A model generated the notes under the pieces. The model was not told the origin of the DNA, made no database searches, and saw only the letters and a list, made by a program, of their open reading frames with translations. From sequence record OR413575.1: DNA of 40,000 nucleotides, one strand, 5' to 3'. The stretch comes from Salmonella phage SPLA10. Made by a program: the position numbers and the translations under genes. Shown here one piece after another: positions 8,929 to 17,719 of this stretch (within the stretch, counting starts at the first letter, position 1; every line of letters starts with the position of its first letter).

Positions 8929-9382
8929 AGAAGTTCTGGCTATCGCCGATGAAGGTATGGCGAGTATTGATGCAAGTCACATCGTTCTTCAAGAACAACA
9001 GCGTTTATCACTGACCGAAGATATGAGTAGCCTTACCCTTTCACCGATGACGGTTATGTTCTGGGCGCTGGCTGATTACCTGGCTACCGACTCAATAGAT
9101 GCTATCGTCGTAGACGGTACAGAAGCCACCTGGCAGATGCACTTGCGCCGTGATGGTAAGATCGAAACCCGTACTACCCAGCAGCTGATTGACCATCCTC
9201 AGCCGCCGGAAGAGCATTTAAAAGGCAAACTGGGTGTTATCATCCCTGCCTATTATTTGCTACGCTTTTACCAATTAGCTGGCGTATCTAAGTACGCCAT
9301 AACCAAACAACATGGGGGTCTTGTAATAGCTGTAAATGATCCAGCTAATCCCCGTGTGTGGGCAGCTCACAAAGTAGAGTAA
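8912..9382 (+). CDS. hypothetical protein (156 aa)
   Basis: ORF overlapping the previous by 17 nt. Confidence 0.78.
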   Translation: MSKLAEEVLAIADEGMASIDASHIVLQEQQRLSLTEDMSSLTLSPMTVMFWALADYLATDSIDAIVVDGTEATWQMHLRRDGKIETRTTQQLIDHPQPPEEHLKGKLGVIIPAYYLLRFYQLAGVSKYAITKQHGGLVIAVNDPANPRVWAAHKVE

Positions 9383-9452
9383 GCTCTCAACCCCAGCCAA
9401 TGCTATGGGAGGCCGGTAAAGCCTCCCTTAACAGTAACAGAGGAAGAAGCAT

Positions 9453-10130
9453 ATGAACGTCCGAAGTTTTATATTAGCAGTACTTGTTCTGCTATTCAGT
9501 TCCATGGCCCTGGCTAGTACTTCTACGCCAAAAGTAGAGTTTAACCAGAAAGGATGGGACAAGCACAAGTCCGCTATTATAAATGCAGCCAGGGAGACTA
9601 ATACAAATCCTGTCTCACTTGCAGCATACGCATCCATTGAAACTACAATGGGCGCTAACATGACCAATAAGCGTAACAAGTCTGTTGCCGGGTTATTTCA
9701 ATTTACCGACCGTACGTGGCGAGACCAGCTAAAAAGAAATGGTCCGAAGTACGGATTAAGTATGCAAACATCTAAATACAACAGTCGCGCCAATGCATTA
9801 ATGGCCGCCGAACTCGCTCGAGAAAATCGCGAGTACCTGGAAAAGAAGTTGCGCCGCAAAGTAACCATGTCTGAAGTCTATATGGCTCATATGCTCGGCG
9901 TATATGGTGCTGAACGAATCTTAAAAGCTGAAGATCATCAGATCGCTGCAAGAGTCACAACGCCATCGGGTAACAGGTCATTCTTCTACAAAAACAAGAA
10001 GGCTGTTACAGTAGGTCAATTTAAAGCGAATATCCGCAACTACGTAGAAGGTCACGCCTCCGTTTATCGCGGTAGTACTATTCGTTACATGGCCACCACA
10101 ATTGTAAAATCATCGTCGGTTCCGGTTTAA
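9453..10130 (+). CDS. putative lytic transglycosylase / endolysin (SLT-like) with N-terminal signal peptide
   Basis: Signal sequence MNVRSFILAVLVLLFSSMALAS; SLT-like AAYASIETTMGANMTNKRNKSVAGLFQFTDRTWRDQL and later MAHMLGVYGAERIL. Confidence 0.8.
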   Translation: MNVRSFILAVLVLLFSSMALASTSTPKVEFNQKGWDKHKSAIINAARETNTNPVSLAAYASIETTMGANMTNKRNKSVAGLFQFTDRTWRDQLKRNGPKYGLSMQTSKYNSRANALMAAELARENREYLEKKLRRKVTMSEVYMAHMLGVYGAERILKAEDHQIAARVTTPSGNRSFFYKNKKAVTVGQFKANIRNYVEGHASVYRGSTIRYMATTIVKSSSVPV

Positions 10131-10162
10131 GATAGTTAACTATAAAGGAATCTTAGTTAATT

Positions 10163-10180
10163 CCCCAACTTCGGTTGGGG
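10163..10180 (+). promoter_or_regulatory. UUCG-capped hairpin CCCCAAC-TTCG-GTTGGGG without T-tract
   Basis: 7-bp perfect stem between 10130 stop and 10221 start. Confidence 0.6.
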
Positions 10181-10220
10181 GCATCCGACACTTACTATCC
10201 CAAACACGATAGAGGTAGTT

Positions 10221-10853
10221 ATGACATCGTTTATTTTACCTCCCCGCTATTTGGGAGTTAACCAGATCGAAATCCGCCCAGTGGAGTTAAGTGCTTTAAT
10301 AGAGAAGCCATTAAACTTTATCAGACCGCCGGTCGATGGGTTCCGAGTTACAGACCTGACTAAGTTCGGTCGCTGGACTCCGTTTCGACTGACCATCAAC
10401 GGACAATCCCATATCGTATTACTGGACAAGTCGTTCAGTGATAATCGTAAGGCCCTGGACTACTACATCACCGTTTTGCAACGTTGCGTTAGCTTGGTGT
10501 GTAATAGTACAGATAACAATCCGGCTAAATATCGGTTAGAGATTGAAGATGGACTGTTAATTGACGGCGCACCTCGCCGACCTCAGTTAATGGAATTCTC
10601 TACGTTCTGCGATCTATTGAACGCAACTCTGACTTACAACCGGGACAAGTTCCGTATCGTAATTGGTTTGTTACATTCCTTCGGTACGAAACTACAGGCC
10701 TCTATCGAATATCAAGTTATGAAGGAGTTCCCTCGTCTTTCAAAAAATAGTCCGGAGACTCATTCTTTGAAGAACAAACCGTTTGATGGCAAAGCTCCCC
10801 CGCGTACAGCCATGGCGGACGCGTTTAGTAAAGCGCGTACGGATGAATCGTAA
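10221..10853 (+). CDS. hypothetical protein (210 aa)
   Basis: ORF. Confidence 0.8.
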   Translation: MTSFILPPRYLGVNQIEIRPVELSALIEKPLNFIRPPVDGFRVTDLTKFGRWTPFRLTINGQSHIVLLDKSFSDNRKALDYYITVLQRCVSLVCNSTDNNPAKYRLEIEDGLLIDGAPRRPQLMEFSTFCDLLNATLTYNRDKFRIVIGLLHSFGTKLQASIEYQVMKEFPRLSKNSPETHSLKNKPFDGKAPPRTAMADAFSKARTDES

Positions 10854-10863
10854 TGGTATTCAT

Positions 10864-10890
10864 AGGCACCTTCGGGTGCCTTCTTTTTTT
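10864..10890 (+). terminator. AGGCACC-TTCG-GGTGCCT + T-tract
   Basis: Stem, UUCG loop, T7. Confidence 0.92.
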
Positions 10891-10907
10891 GTTTAAAAGG
10901 AGGCGTT

Positions 10908-11480
10908 ATGAACGTCGAAAAGGAACTGTGTATTTTTGCACATATCCCCGTATTCACGGTCGGCCGTTTGAACAGCTACCCGTATCAGGTAATGGTCCAA
11001 GGTGACCTAAACACAACAACGCCAGAAGGTCTGCGTGTAACTAACCGCGTACGCCGGACGGAGGATAACGGTAAAGTAGTTTATACTACAGCCACTAAGT
11101 TTCGTTTACCTCGCGTCGAAGGTTCTGTTAATACCAACGCACCTCAAGTCGAGTTCACTATCGACGAAGAAGATTTCAAAACAGTAATGGGAGCATGTAC
11201 TCAGCGTTATGTAAAACGCCGTTATACTGTTCCGTTACCGTCAGGTGTAAAGGTAGAGTTTGACCGATACCTTGAATCCGAAATGCCTTACGAGTTCAGT
11301 CGCATTGTTAAGATTGATATCGAAGGCGGAGATGAAGCTCAGATTGATGTTTATTTGGCAGAGCTTCGTCAGTTAGGTTTCCACGTTGGCGAAATTATAA
11401 ATCCGCCGGGCGTAGAATCACCAGCTATAAAAGAAGCCATCGATGAACTGATGGGGTCGCGCTGGAACCTTGTTAATTAA
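10908..11480 (+). CDS. hypothetical protein with possible CYTH/triphosphate-tunnel-like fold (190 aa)
   Basis: AGGAGG RBS; charged-strand pattern …QGDLNTTTPEGLRVTNRVRRTEDNGKVVYTTATKFRL…QVEFTIDEEDF…YVKRRYTVPLPSGVKVEFDRYLE…VKIDIEG…. Confidence 0.4.
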   Translation: MNVEKELCIFAHIPVFTVGRLNSYPYQVMVQGDLNTTTPEGLRVTNRVRRTEDNGKVVYTTATKFRLPRVEGSVNTNAPQVEFTIDEEDFKTVMGACTQRYVKRRYTVPLPSGVKVEFDRYLESEMPYEFSRIVKIDIEGGDEAQIDVYLAELRQLGFHVGEIINPPGVESPAIKEAIDELMGSRWNLVN

Positions 11481-11521
11481 CAGACTCAAGTTTATAGAGT
11501 CGCTCATTTGGAGTTAGTATC

Positions 11522-12040
11522 ATGGACTCGCTGGTTTGCCCGTGCTGTAAACAGGATCGTCCTGAGAATGAAGTCATTCTTATTGATGATGAACGTAATT
11601 TGTGGCAATGTAAAATCTGCATTATGCTGAATAAACAGCCATCTAAAGGAACACCTTGTTCGCGTGCAGAATATGAAGCACGTCGTAAGTTAGGAGCTGG
11701 AATGGTAATGCGCACTACAGCTACCGTTAAGACTACGGGTAAGGTTGTTACCGATTTCAAAGATTGTCCTGGGTGTTTGAAGAAACTACCGAAAGGTGCT
11801 TTCTTGGGCAAAGGCCTCCGTGAGTTCAGATACTGCCTTACATGCAGAGACGAACAAATAGCTGTTGATTCTGAACGCGCTAAAAAACTATTAGGCGGCG
11901 GGATCTTCAGTAGTATGAAGAAAATCGTAGCTCGCTGCCATTTGTGCGGCTGGATAGGCGATGTAGGATCGTTCAGCGTTGATACCGAATCCCCCACCGG
12001 TATTAAACACCGCTGTCCTGAGGGGTGTAAAGGGAAGTGA
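11522..12040 (+). CDS. zinc-binding protein with three Cys-pair modules (172 aa)
   Basis: CPCC…CKIC; CPGC…CLTC; CHLC…CPEGC. Confidence 0.75.
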   Translation: MDSLVCPCCKQDRPENEVILIDDERNLWQCKICIMLNKQPSKGTPCSRAEYEARRKLGAGMVMRTTATVKTTGKVVTDFKDCPGCLKKLPKGAFLGKGLREFRYCLTCRDEQIAVDSERAKKLLGGGIFSSMKKIVARCHLCGWIGDVGSFSVDTESPTGIKHRCPEGCKGK

Positions 12041-12046
12041 CGTACT

Positions 12047-12481
12047 ATGGAACTTCATCTGGTAATTATCGACGGTCGCTTCGATCGCATCGATTTATCC
12101 AGGGATGGAGTCCTTCTGTTTACGATTACAAGATACCAATCCAGAGGATTAGGTTTAGTTGCTTGTGTCAACGGTAGATTAGAATATCTTTATATCTACC
12201 GCCATAAAGCCGCTGTGCGTCAGGAAGTAAGATTCCGTTATGGCTTGGACGTCATATCCTCTCAGTTACGTAAACAAGGAAAGGAATTCAAAGGACTGTT
12301 CTGGGGCTCCCCAGTAGCGACAGATTATTTAAATGATCGCTGGTTCGGAGTAGGTAATACATTGTTAATGAGTCGTAATGGTAGATTATCAGATCCATTG
12401 GAAAATGTACTGGTACGCAACCGATATTACGATATCGACACTGAACCATTGTTACAACATATTCGTACTTGGTTACAGTGA
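12047..12481 (+). CDS. hypothetical protein (144 aa)
   Basis: ORF. Confidence 0.78.
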   Translation: MELHLVIIDGRFDRIDLSRDGVLLFTITRYQSRGLGLVACVNGRLEYLYIYRHKAAVRQEVRFRYGLDVISSQLRKQGKEFKGLFWGSPVATDYLNDRWFGVGNTLLMSRNGRLSDPLENVLVRNRYYDIDTEPLLQHIRTWLQ

Positions 12482-12490
12482 CAGCACAAA

Positions 12491-12522
12491 AGCCTCCCCC
12501 GAAGGGAGGCTTCTTTTTTTTT
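12491..12522 (+). terminator. AGCCTCCC-CCGAA-GGGAGGCT + T-tract
   Basis: 8-bp stem then T-rich tract, between convergent genes. Confidence 0.92.
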
Positions 12523-12526
12523 TGTC

Positions 12527-13363
12527 TTATCTCGATTGACCTGCAATCAGGCCCCTGAGGAAAGTAGAATGGGCTGCTTTGTCATTCATCCTGTTAACTG
12601 CCTGAATCTCATCCCTTAAGAAATCCGTGTAATTATCGTAAGCATCGGAATATCCTTCGATAATACCTTCAATCTTCGACAACTCAGCGCCGCCGTATAA
12701 ATACCCAGAATCCAGATCAATAACGGTATTGTTATAGATCCACGCTTTGGCAGCGAACACCGCCAGTTGCGCTAATTGGAATACAGCGGGACCATTAAAC
12801 GAACTCAGTTCATCATCCTGACCTAAACGACAGGTTAGGGAACCCTGTTGGATTTTACCCATGTAGTCGTTGATTACAACCGTGTTCTCAGCAATAAGTT
12901 CTACGGAAGCTGATCCGTTAATCGGAGCGGGACTTGCTGCACGCAATACTTGCTGTGCCTGCTGCATTAAAGGACTGTTACCACAGTTTTGAATATTACC
13001 AGCCGACATCTGCCAACCGTTGTTCAAATCTGCTGCAACTGTATTGTACCAGTAGTTAAAAGCAATTACTTGTGAGATACGTCTGCCCTTAGTCTTGGAC
13101 TTAGGGATCCGCATAACGGTACGATAATCTTGGTTTTCCAAGAATTGTATCTCAGCGCCAGATAAAGGAATATTGACTGTCTCAGCACCGAGGATGTCTA
13201 AGTCCTCAACAATCTGATCGGTGATTACGTGTTTACGAATCTCCCAATCAAGCCCTCCCGCGTATTTGTGGTTTCGGCCCATTCGCTTCAAGAAGGCCAC
13301 TTCTAATACTGGCTTAGGTATAGCTCTCTTGATTTCATGGACGAGTTTATCTACAACAGACAT
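12527..13363 (-). CDS. hypothetical protein (278 aa)
   Basis: Long - strand ORF with no competing + ORF. Confidence 0.82.
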   Translation of the reverse strand: MSVVDKLVHEIKRAIPKPVLEVAFLKRMGRNHKYAGGLDWEIRKHVITDQIVEDLDILGAETVNIPLSGAEIQFLENQDYRTVMRIPKSKTKGRRISQVIAFNYWYNTVAADLNNGWQMSAGNIQNCGNSPLMQQAQQVLRAASPAPINGSASVELIAENTVVINDYMGKIQQGSLTCRLGQDDELSSFNGPAVFQLAQLAVFAAKAWIYNNTVIDLDSGYLYGGAELSKIEGIIEGYSDAYDNYTDFLRDEIQAVNRMNDKAAHSTFLRGLIAGQSR

Positions 13364-13468
13364 ATACCCTCCAGCATGATGTAGTGTGTAAGAATATTTT
13401 TTGAGGCACTACCTGCTTGTTATGTACGAGTAGTGTTACATACGTTTACACCATATAAGAGGTTTATA

Positions 13469-14404
13469 ATGGAAACTAAGAATAAGGTTCGTATTTATGG
13501 CTGCGGCGGTTCCGGTACTAATATCCTGAACCTTCTGATGAAGCAGGATACCAGCAACCTTGCTGCGTTTGATCCTGTATTCGTCGACAGCTCCGATTCC
13601 AACATTGCCGCTGGTTCCAATGTGTACCGTATTAACGGCATGAACGGTGCAGGTAAAGATCGTGAAGTCATGATGGGCCCTGCACGCCGTGAAGCAACTA
13701 ACATCCTGGTTCAGCACGAACCATCGGAAGTTAACATTCTCATCTCTTCTGGCGGCGGTGCTACCGGCGCTGTAGTCGCGACTACTCTGGCCGAAGAAAT
13801 CTGGGCTCAGGGCAAACGCGTCATCTTCTTCGTTGTGGGTTCTAATGAATCCCTGAAGACTGCGGAGAACACCTCTAAACATCTGCGTACGCTGAACGGC
13901 GTCGCTCGCCAGCATGGTCACGTCTCTGTTGTCTTCTACGACAACAACGGCGACAATACCCGTCGTACTGAGGTTGATCGTTCTATGGTTCAAGGTCTGC
14001 TCGCATTCCTGGATCTGTACAGCGGCAACCACGATGAGCTGGACACCAAAGATGTTGAGAACTGGTTGTTCCTGGAAAAATCAGCTCAGCTGGAACCACA
14101 ACTGGTGCTGATGGATATCGACACTTCTCGCGAAAATGCACTGGAGCGTCAGTATCCGATCTCTGTGGCAATCATCCACAGTAAAGCCGATGCCGGTAAA
14201 GGGACTATCCCTGCCGACTATACTACCGAAGGTTATCGCCGCGACAATAACGACACCTCGCTCTTCTTCTCCATCCATACGGAAGGTCTGAACAACATCA
14301 TGACGGAACTTACCGACGTGATCGGCGGGTTCAAGAAAAGAGCAGTAGCGCGTCAAGCGACAGCTAACCAGGTATTCGGCGGTGGAACTGGCTGGGATTT
14401 ATAA
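13469..14404 (+). CDS. phuZ: phage tubulin/FtsZ-family protein, PhuZ-like (311 aa)
   Basis: ATG 13469 with AAGAGG RBS; G-box-like GCGGSGTNI, MNGAGKDREVM, SSGGGATGAVV, FFVVGSNESLKTAENTSKHLRTLNGV, ELDTKDVENWL match the layout of PhuZ proteins as I recall them. Confidence 0.85.
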   Translation: METKNKVRIYGCGGSGTNILNLLMKQDTSNLAAFDPVFVDSSDSNIAAGSNVYRINGMNGAGKDREVMMGPARREATNILVQHEPSEVNILISSGGGATGAVVATTLAEEIWAQGKRVIFFVVGSNESLKTAENTSKHLRTLNGVARQHGHVSVVFYDNNGDNTRRTEVDRSMVQGLLAFLDLYSGNHDELDTKDVENWLFLEKSAQLEPQLVLMDIDTSRENALERQYPISVAIIHSKADAGKGTIPADYTTEGYRRDNNDTSLFFSIHTEGLNNIMTELTDVIGGFKKRAVARQATANQVFGGGTGWDL

Positions 14405-14502
14405 TGCCTAGCTTTCCATTTGCTCTGGGCAAGAAAGCAATTGCGCGGTTAAACCCTAAGACACTGGCGATCTTACGCCGCCGTTTTAAGGCGAAACGAT
14501 AA
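14404..14502 (+). CDS. small basic peptide MPSFPFALGKKAIARLNPKTLAILRRRFKAKR (32 aa)
   Basis: Stop/start overlap TAATG with the tubulin gene; not in the supplied ORF track because of its size. Confidence 0.5.
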   Translation: MPSFPFALGKKAIARLNPKTLAILRRRFKAKR

Positions 14503-14790
14503 AAGCTCTTTATATATGAGCGAATATCACCGCCATTGTTGCTAGCTCACTACAATCTGAAACCTAAATCACTCTCTTAAGTGAGAGTTAATGGAACACT
14601 GGTTTAAATGTACCAGAGGACGAAAAGCCTCTGTGGGAAAGGCAGCGATGATCGCAGCAGAAGAACCACAAGCGAATGGTAGTCTAGCTTAGCAAGAAAG
14701 GGTTGCTCCCTGATCAGCAAGCGTACCCCGGCCCCGGACTCCGTGGGCTGGGCATTATGCTGTCACATCCTCAGAAGTAAAAATATTACG
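14503..14790 (+). ncRNA. structured noncoding region, candidate ncRNA of unknown class
   Basis: About 290 nt with no reported ORF and multiple stem-loops (14571-14588, 14599-14616, 14614-14633, 14645-14655, 14731-14748). Confidence 0.35.
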
Positions 14791-14792
14791 AG

Positions 14793-14810
14793 TATATATT
14801 ATCCTAGTGA
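14793..14810 (+). promoter_or_regulatory. Putative early-type phage promoter TATATATTATCCTAGTGA
   Basis: Match to recurrent motif; 17 nt upstream of ATG 14828. Confidence 0.75.
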
Positions 14811-14827
14811 ATCGATTAGGAGTGTAT

Positions 14828-15250
14828 ATGAAAGATGATTATGATTATATCATTAATCGACCAAGTTGGTTGAAGTTAGTTATACAGAAGTCGGAACGTG
14901 CAGGCTGTAAGATAGCTGATGTAGAAGACTTCTTAATAGATTTCCTCACGAACTTAGACATTACGTTAATGTCAGATGCGGAGTTTGGTGCTTACGACGA
15001 TTATGAGAAGGATTCGTTCCTGGATTCGTTCTTTGATCAGATGTTAGAGAACTATGCTCAAGGATCGGGAAAGACCGTAGACGAAATAGAGAACTACGAA
15101 GCGTTCCTGTTAGATGTATTATGGTCAGGATGTCTGAGACGAATTATAAAGGACTTTGATAATCGTCTGAGTAATGATGAAGGATATGCGATTGAGCGTC
15201 TTAGGATCCATTCTAAGAAGGTTATAGTGCAATATATCAAGATGTCCTGA
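14828..15250 (+). CDS. small acidic protein, cassette member 1
   Basis: ATG with GGAG RBS; …DYDYIINRPSWLKLV… / …RIHSKKVIVQYIKMS. Confidence 0.8.
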   Translation: MKDDYDYIINRPSWLKLVIQKSERAGCKIADVEDFLIDFLTNLDITLMSDAEFGAYDDYEKDSFLDSFFDQMLENYAQGSGKTVDEIENYEAFLLDVLWSGCLRRIIKDFDNRLSNDEGYAIERLRIHSKKVIVQYIKMS

Positions 15251-15320
15251 TACTAAAGGGATTAATTTTTACATAAGTACCTCTTCTATGACGAGCATGT
15301 AAAGGGGGTTTGGGGGTTAT

Positions 15321-15746
15321 ATGGAAGACGATCAATTATTTATAGTAGTACCAAGTAGTAAGCTAGTTCTAGCTCACGAACTAAGTGATATGCCTTATCC
15401 ATTAATGGGTTATTTAGGCGTAGCAATGAAGTTGTGGTATGTAGGAAATGATGACGGGGATAAAATCTTAGACCCGTATATGTTTTCTCAGACTGCGGAA
15501 ATATACGGTTGCTATTACCAAGGAACTTTATTAGAAGACGTTACTAAACGTTGTGATAAAGATGATTTATTCCTATCCGCAATACAAGACTTTATTTCAT
15601 ACTGGGATGCTAATAACGATCCTTATAAATACCTTTGCGATATCCGTATCTGTCGCAACAAGGTAGTGTTACTGTTCACGGATAAAGAAGAAGTTGATTA
15701 CGAGCCGAAGATCGGTTTTGAATCAGGGAGTCAGGAGGTCGTGTAA
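15321..15746 (+). CDS. small acidic protein, cassette member 2
   Basis: …DQLFIVVPSSKLV… / …IRICRNKVVLLFTDKEEV. Confidence 0.8.
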   Translation: MEDDQLFIVVPSSKLVLAHELSDMPYPLMGYLGVAMKLWYVGNDDGDKILDPYMFSQTAEIYGCYYQGTLLEDVTKRCDKDDLFLSAIQDFISYWDANNDPYKYLCDIRICRNKVVLLFTDKEEVDYEPKIGFESGSQEVV

Positions 15747-16157
15747 ATGTTACCTGACCATAAACTGCTTGTAGTGATAATCGACATAACTCGCTTACGC
15801 AGATATGCTGGGTATTACTGCAAGTTAGAAGAAGAGGACATAGAGGACCTCATCAAGTATAAATTAGTAAAGGACAATTGTGTTATAGTAGAAGGGTTTG
15901 ATCACCGGATGGTCACCGAAAACGTAATTGAAGCATTACAGCAAGTACGTTACGAGGGCGGGATAAACATAAGGCTACCAGCAGGAGTAATAAGTGTTGA
16001 AGCGTTCACGCTCCGACGTAATTCCATCGTGCTCGAATGCTCGGGATGTGGAGGAGAGTTTAACGCTCTTGGTACCGTACGCGATCAAGATACTTACCTA
16101 CGATCTCGTGTTTACGGAAAAGCTGAGGGCAGACGAAGTCCAAGACGTCGTTATTAG
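15747..16157 (+). CDS. small protein, cassette member 3
   Basis: Starts directly after the previous stop; AGGAGG upstream; …KLLVVIIDITRLRRY…. Confidence 0.72.
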   Translation: MLPDHKLLVVIIDITRLRRYAGYYCKLEEEDIEDLIKYKLVKDNCVIVEGFDHRMVTENVIEALQQVRYEGGINIRLPAGVISVEAFTLRRNSIVLECSGCGGEFNALGTVRDQDTYLRSRVYGKAEGRRSPRRRY

Positions 16158-16524
16158 CCTTAGCCGAGCTAGAGATACTTTGGAGTCTGAGGAAGAATAT
16201 ACTTATCGCGAATTAAGTCTATCTGATCGGGCTGAGTATCTCGAACGAGTAGAAGAAATAATGAGTGATTATTATTTCGATAAACTCACACGTGGAATGA
16301 ACGATGATGAAATAACCCCTGAGTTCTTAGATTCGATACAGGGTAAACTCACTAACTGGATGGACATAGCAGAACTGGTCTGTCGAGCTGACTTTTTCGA
16401 TTCCCTTTACAAATTCGTCAATCGTATTGCGCATGAGGATCAACGTTTGGTCGTCATTGGGATTGAAATTCAGAAAAGAAGAGTGATCATTGATTATGGG
16501 TATGGCACTAGTTGTAGATCTTAA
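16069..16524 (+). CDS. small acidic protein, cassette member 4 (start uncertain; TTG 16069 follows GGAGGAG)
   Basis: ORF; …LTYDLVFTEKL… / …LVVIGIEIQKRRVIIDYGYG. Confidence 0.65.
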   Translation: MVPYAIKILTYDLVFTEKLRADEVQDVVISLSRARDTLESEEEYTYRELSLSDRAEYLERVEEIMSDYYFDKLTRGMNDDEITPEFLDSIQGKLTNWMDIAELVCRADFFDSLYKFVNRIAHEDQRLVVIGIEIQKRRVIIDYGYGTSCRS

Positions 16525-16990
16525 GCGGTTAGTAATGTATGGCGAGTTGTTTATGGAGCGCTTTGCTCGTGACTATCCAGACTACGCAGACCGCGTTTCT
16601 TTTGATCGCAGTCGCAGGGATGCTTTGCGTGATTACATCTACAATCGTTTCTGGAATCTACTTGGTGAAACAGCTAAATATGACATGGACGAATTAGAGG
16701 AAGATCTTTATCTCGACAAGTTATTTGAAGGCTGGAAACCTGATTGCTGGTATCATGACAGCAATAAAGAATTAGTAGTAGATGATATGGGGTCGTTTAA
16801 GTTTAACGCTGACGTAGTGGAAGAACTGGACGATAAGCTACAAGTTATCATTTCCAAAGAGAGGCTTTACTTAGGGTTTAGCATATTGGAAATGGATATA
16901 AGTCGTATTGCCTTAACCATAGACATCTATGGTGATTGGCGAGCGCAACAATGGTGCATTGAAAATGACGAGGAATATATCCCAACGTGA
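16496..16990 (+). CDS. small acidic protein, cassette member 5
   Basis: …MALVVDLKRLVMYGELF… / …ILEMDISRIALTIDIYGDW. Confidence 0.7.
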   Translation: MGMALVVDLKRLVMYGELFMERFARDYPDYADRVSFDRSRRDALRDYIYNRFWNLLGETAKYDMDELEEDLYLDKLFEGWKPDCWYHDSNKELVVDDMGSFKFNADVVEELDDKLQVIISKERLYLGFSILEMDISRIALTIDIYGDWRAQQWCIENDEEYIPT

Positions 16991-17336
16991 ACCCGTTCAC
17001 ATTGTCCCGCTAGATTGGATAGTTACCTGGTTTATTACCGCGATACAACGGCTGGATGAGGATGCAGCCTACGCGGTTAATGAAAAAGATGCCATTAGAA
17101 TAATGATAGCCGATGCAATGCGTATTGATGAACCATGGGTGGAACGTAAGTATATGGAAATCATTAATCAATACGAAGGGTTTGGGATTGACAGTGCTGT
17201 AATAATGAAGATCCTAAACCGGGGGGTAGAAAAATTAGAGCGTCGGCTTGATAATGCTGGGGTCCGTTGTGGGCCCCGGTATTCTTTTGACTGGTATCAT
17301 GGATCCAGAAACTTATACATTTACGAGGGGATGTGA
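16965..17336 (+). CDS. small protein, cassette member 6
   Basis: …PVHIVPLDWIVTWF… / …RYSFDWYHGSRNLYIYEGM. Confidence 0.7.
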   Translation: MTRNISQREPVHIVPLDWIVTWFITAIQRLDEDAAYAVNEKDAIRIMIADAMRIDEPWVERKYMEIINQYEGFGIDSAVIMKILNRGVEKLERRLDNAGVRCGPRYSFDWYHGSRNLYIYEGM

Positions 17337-17719
17337 TGATGTACATGATAGATATAAGGAGGAAGTCTAAACGGTTATTAGAGATGTCTAATACAGCTAA
17401 GCAAGTATACGGTATGGAATTCAACGAGTTTTGTCGATTAGCCTGTATATCTTCTTTAGCTGTTGAAGTTACGCATTTAGACAGTAAACGTAATCATTAT
17501 GCAACTGATATGAGTACGTTGAACTACATACGCGATGAAATTTTAAATCATTTAGGAGATGATTATGAAGATAAAGAATACCGTGATCTAACGATAATGG
17601 TAAGTGTAGCAGGAAACGAAATCCGTAGAGCGACATCCATTATCGATCTACCTAACGAGGAGCTAAGAAACCTAGACGTCAAAGCAGATTTCTTACGCGG
17701 ACTAATTTATGCGAGATGA
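17333..17719 (+). CDS. small protein, cassette member 7
   Basis: Start overlaps the previous stop; MMMYMIDIRRKSKRLLEM…. Confidence 0.65.
   Translation: MMMYMIDIRRKSKRLLEMSNTAKQVYGMEFNEFCRLACISSLAVEVTHLDSKRNHYATDMSTLNYIRDEILNHLGDDYEDKEYRDLTIMVSVAGNEIRRATSIIDLPNEELRNLDVKADFLRGLIYAR

Noticed and set aside
13436-14032. 198-aa minus-strand ORF opposite phuZ
   Set aside because: Antisense to a gene with clear tubulin motifs
14503-14790. tRNA gene or RNase P RNA
   Set aside because: No convincing cloverleaf, T-loop GGTTCRA or RNase P conserved signatures by eye; kept only as an unclassified structured region
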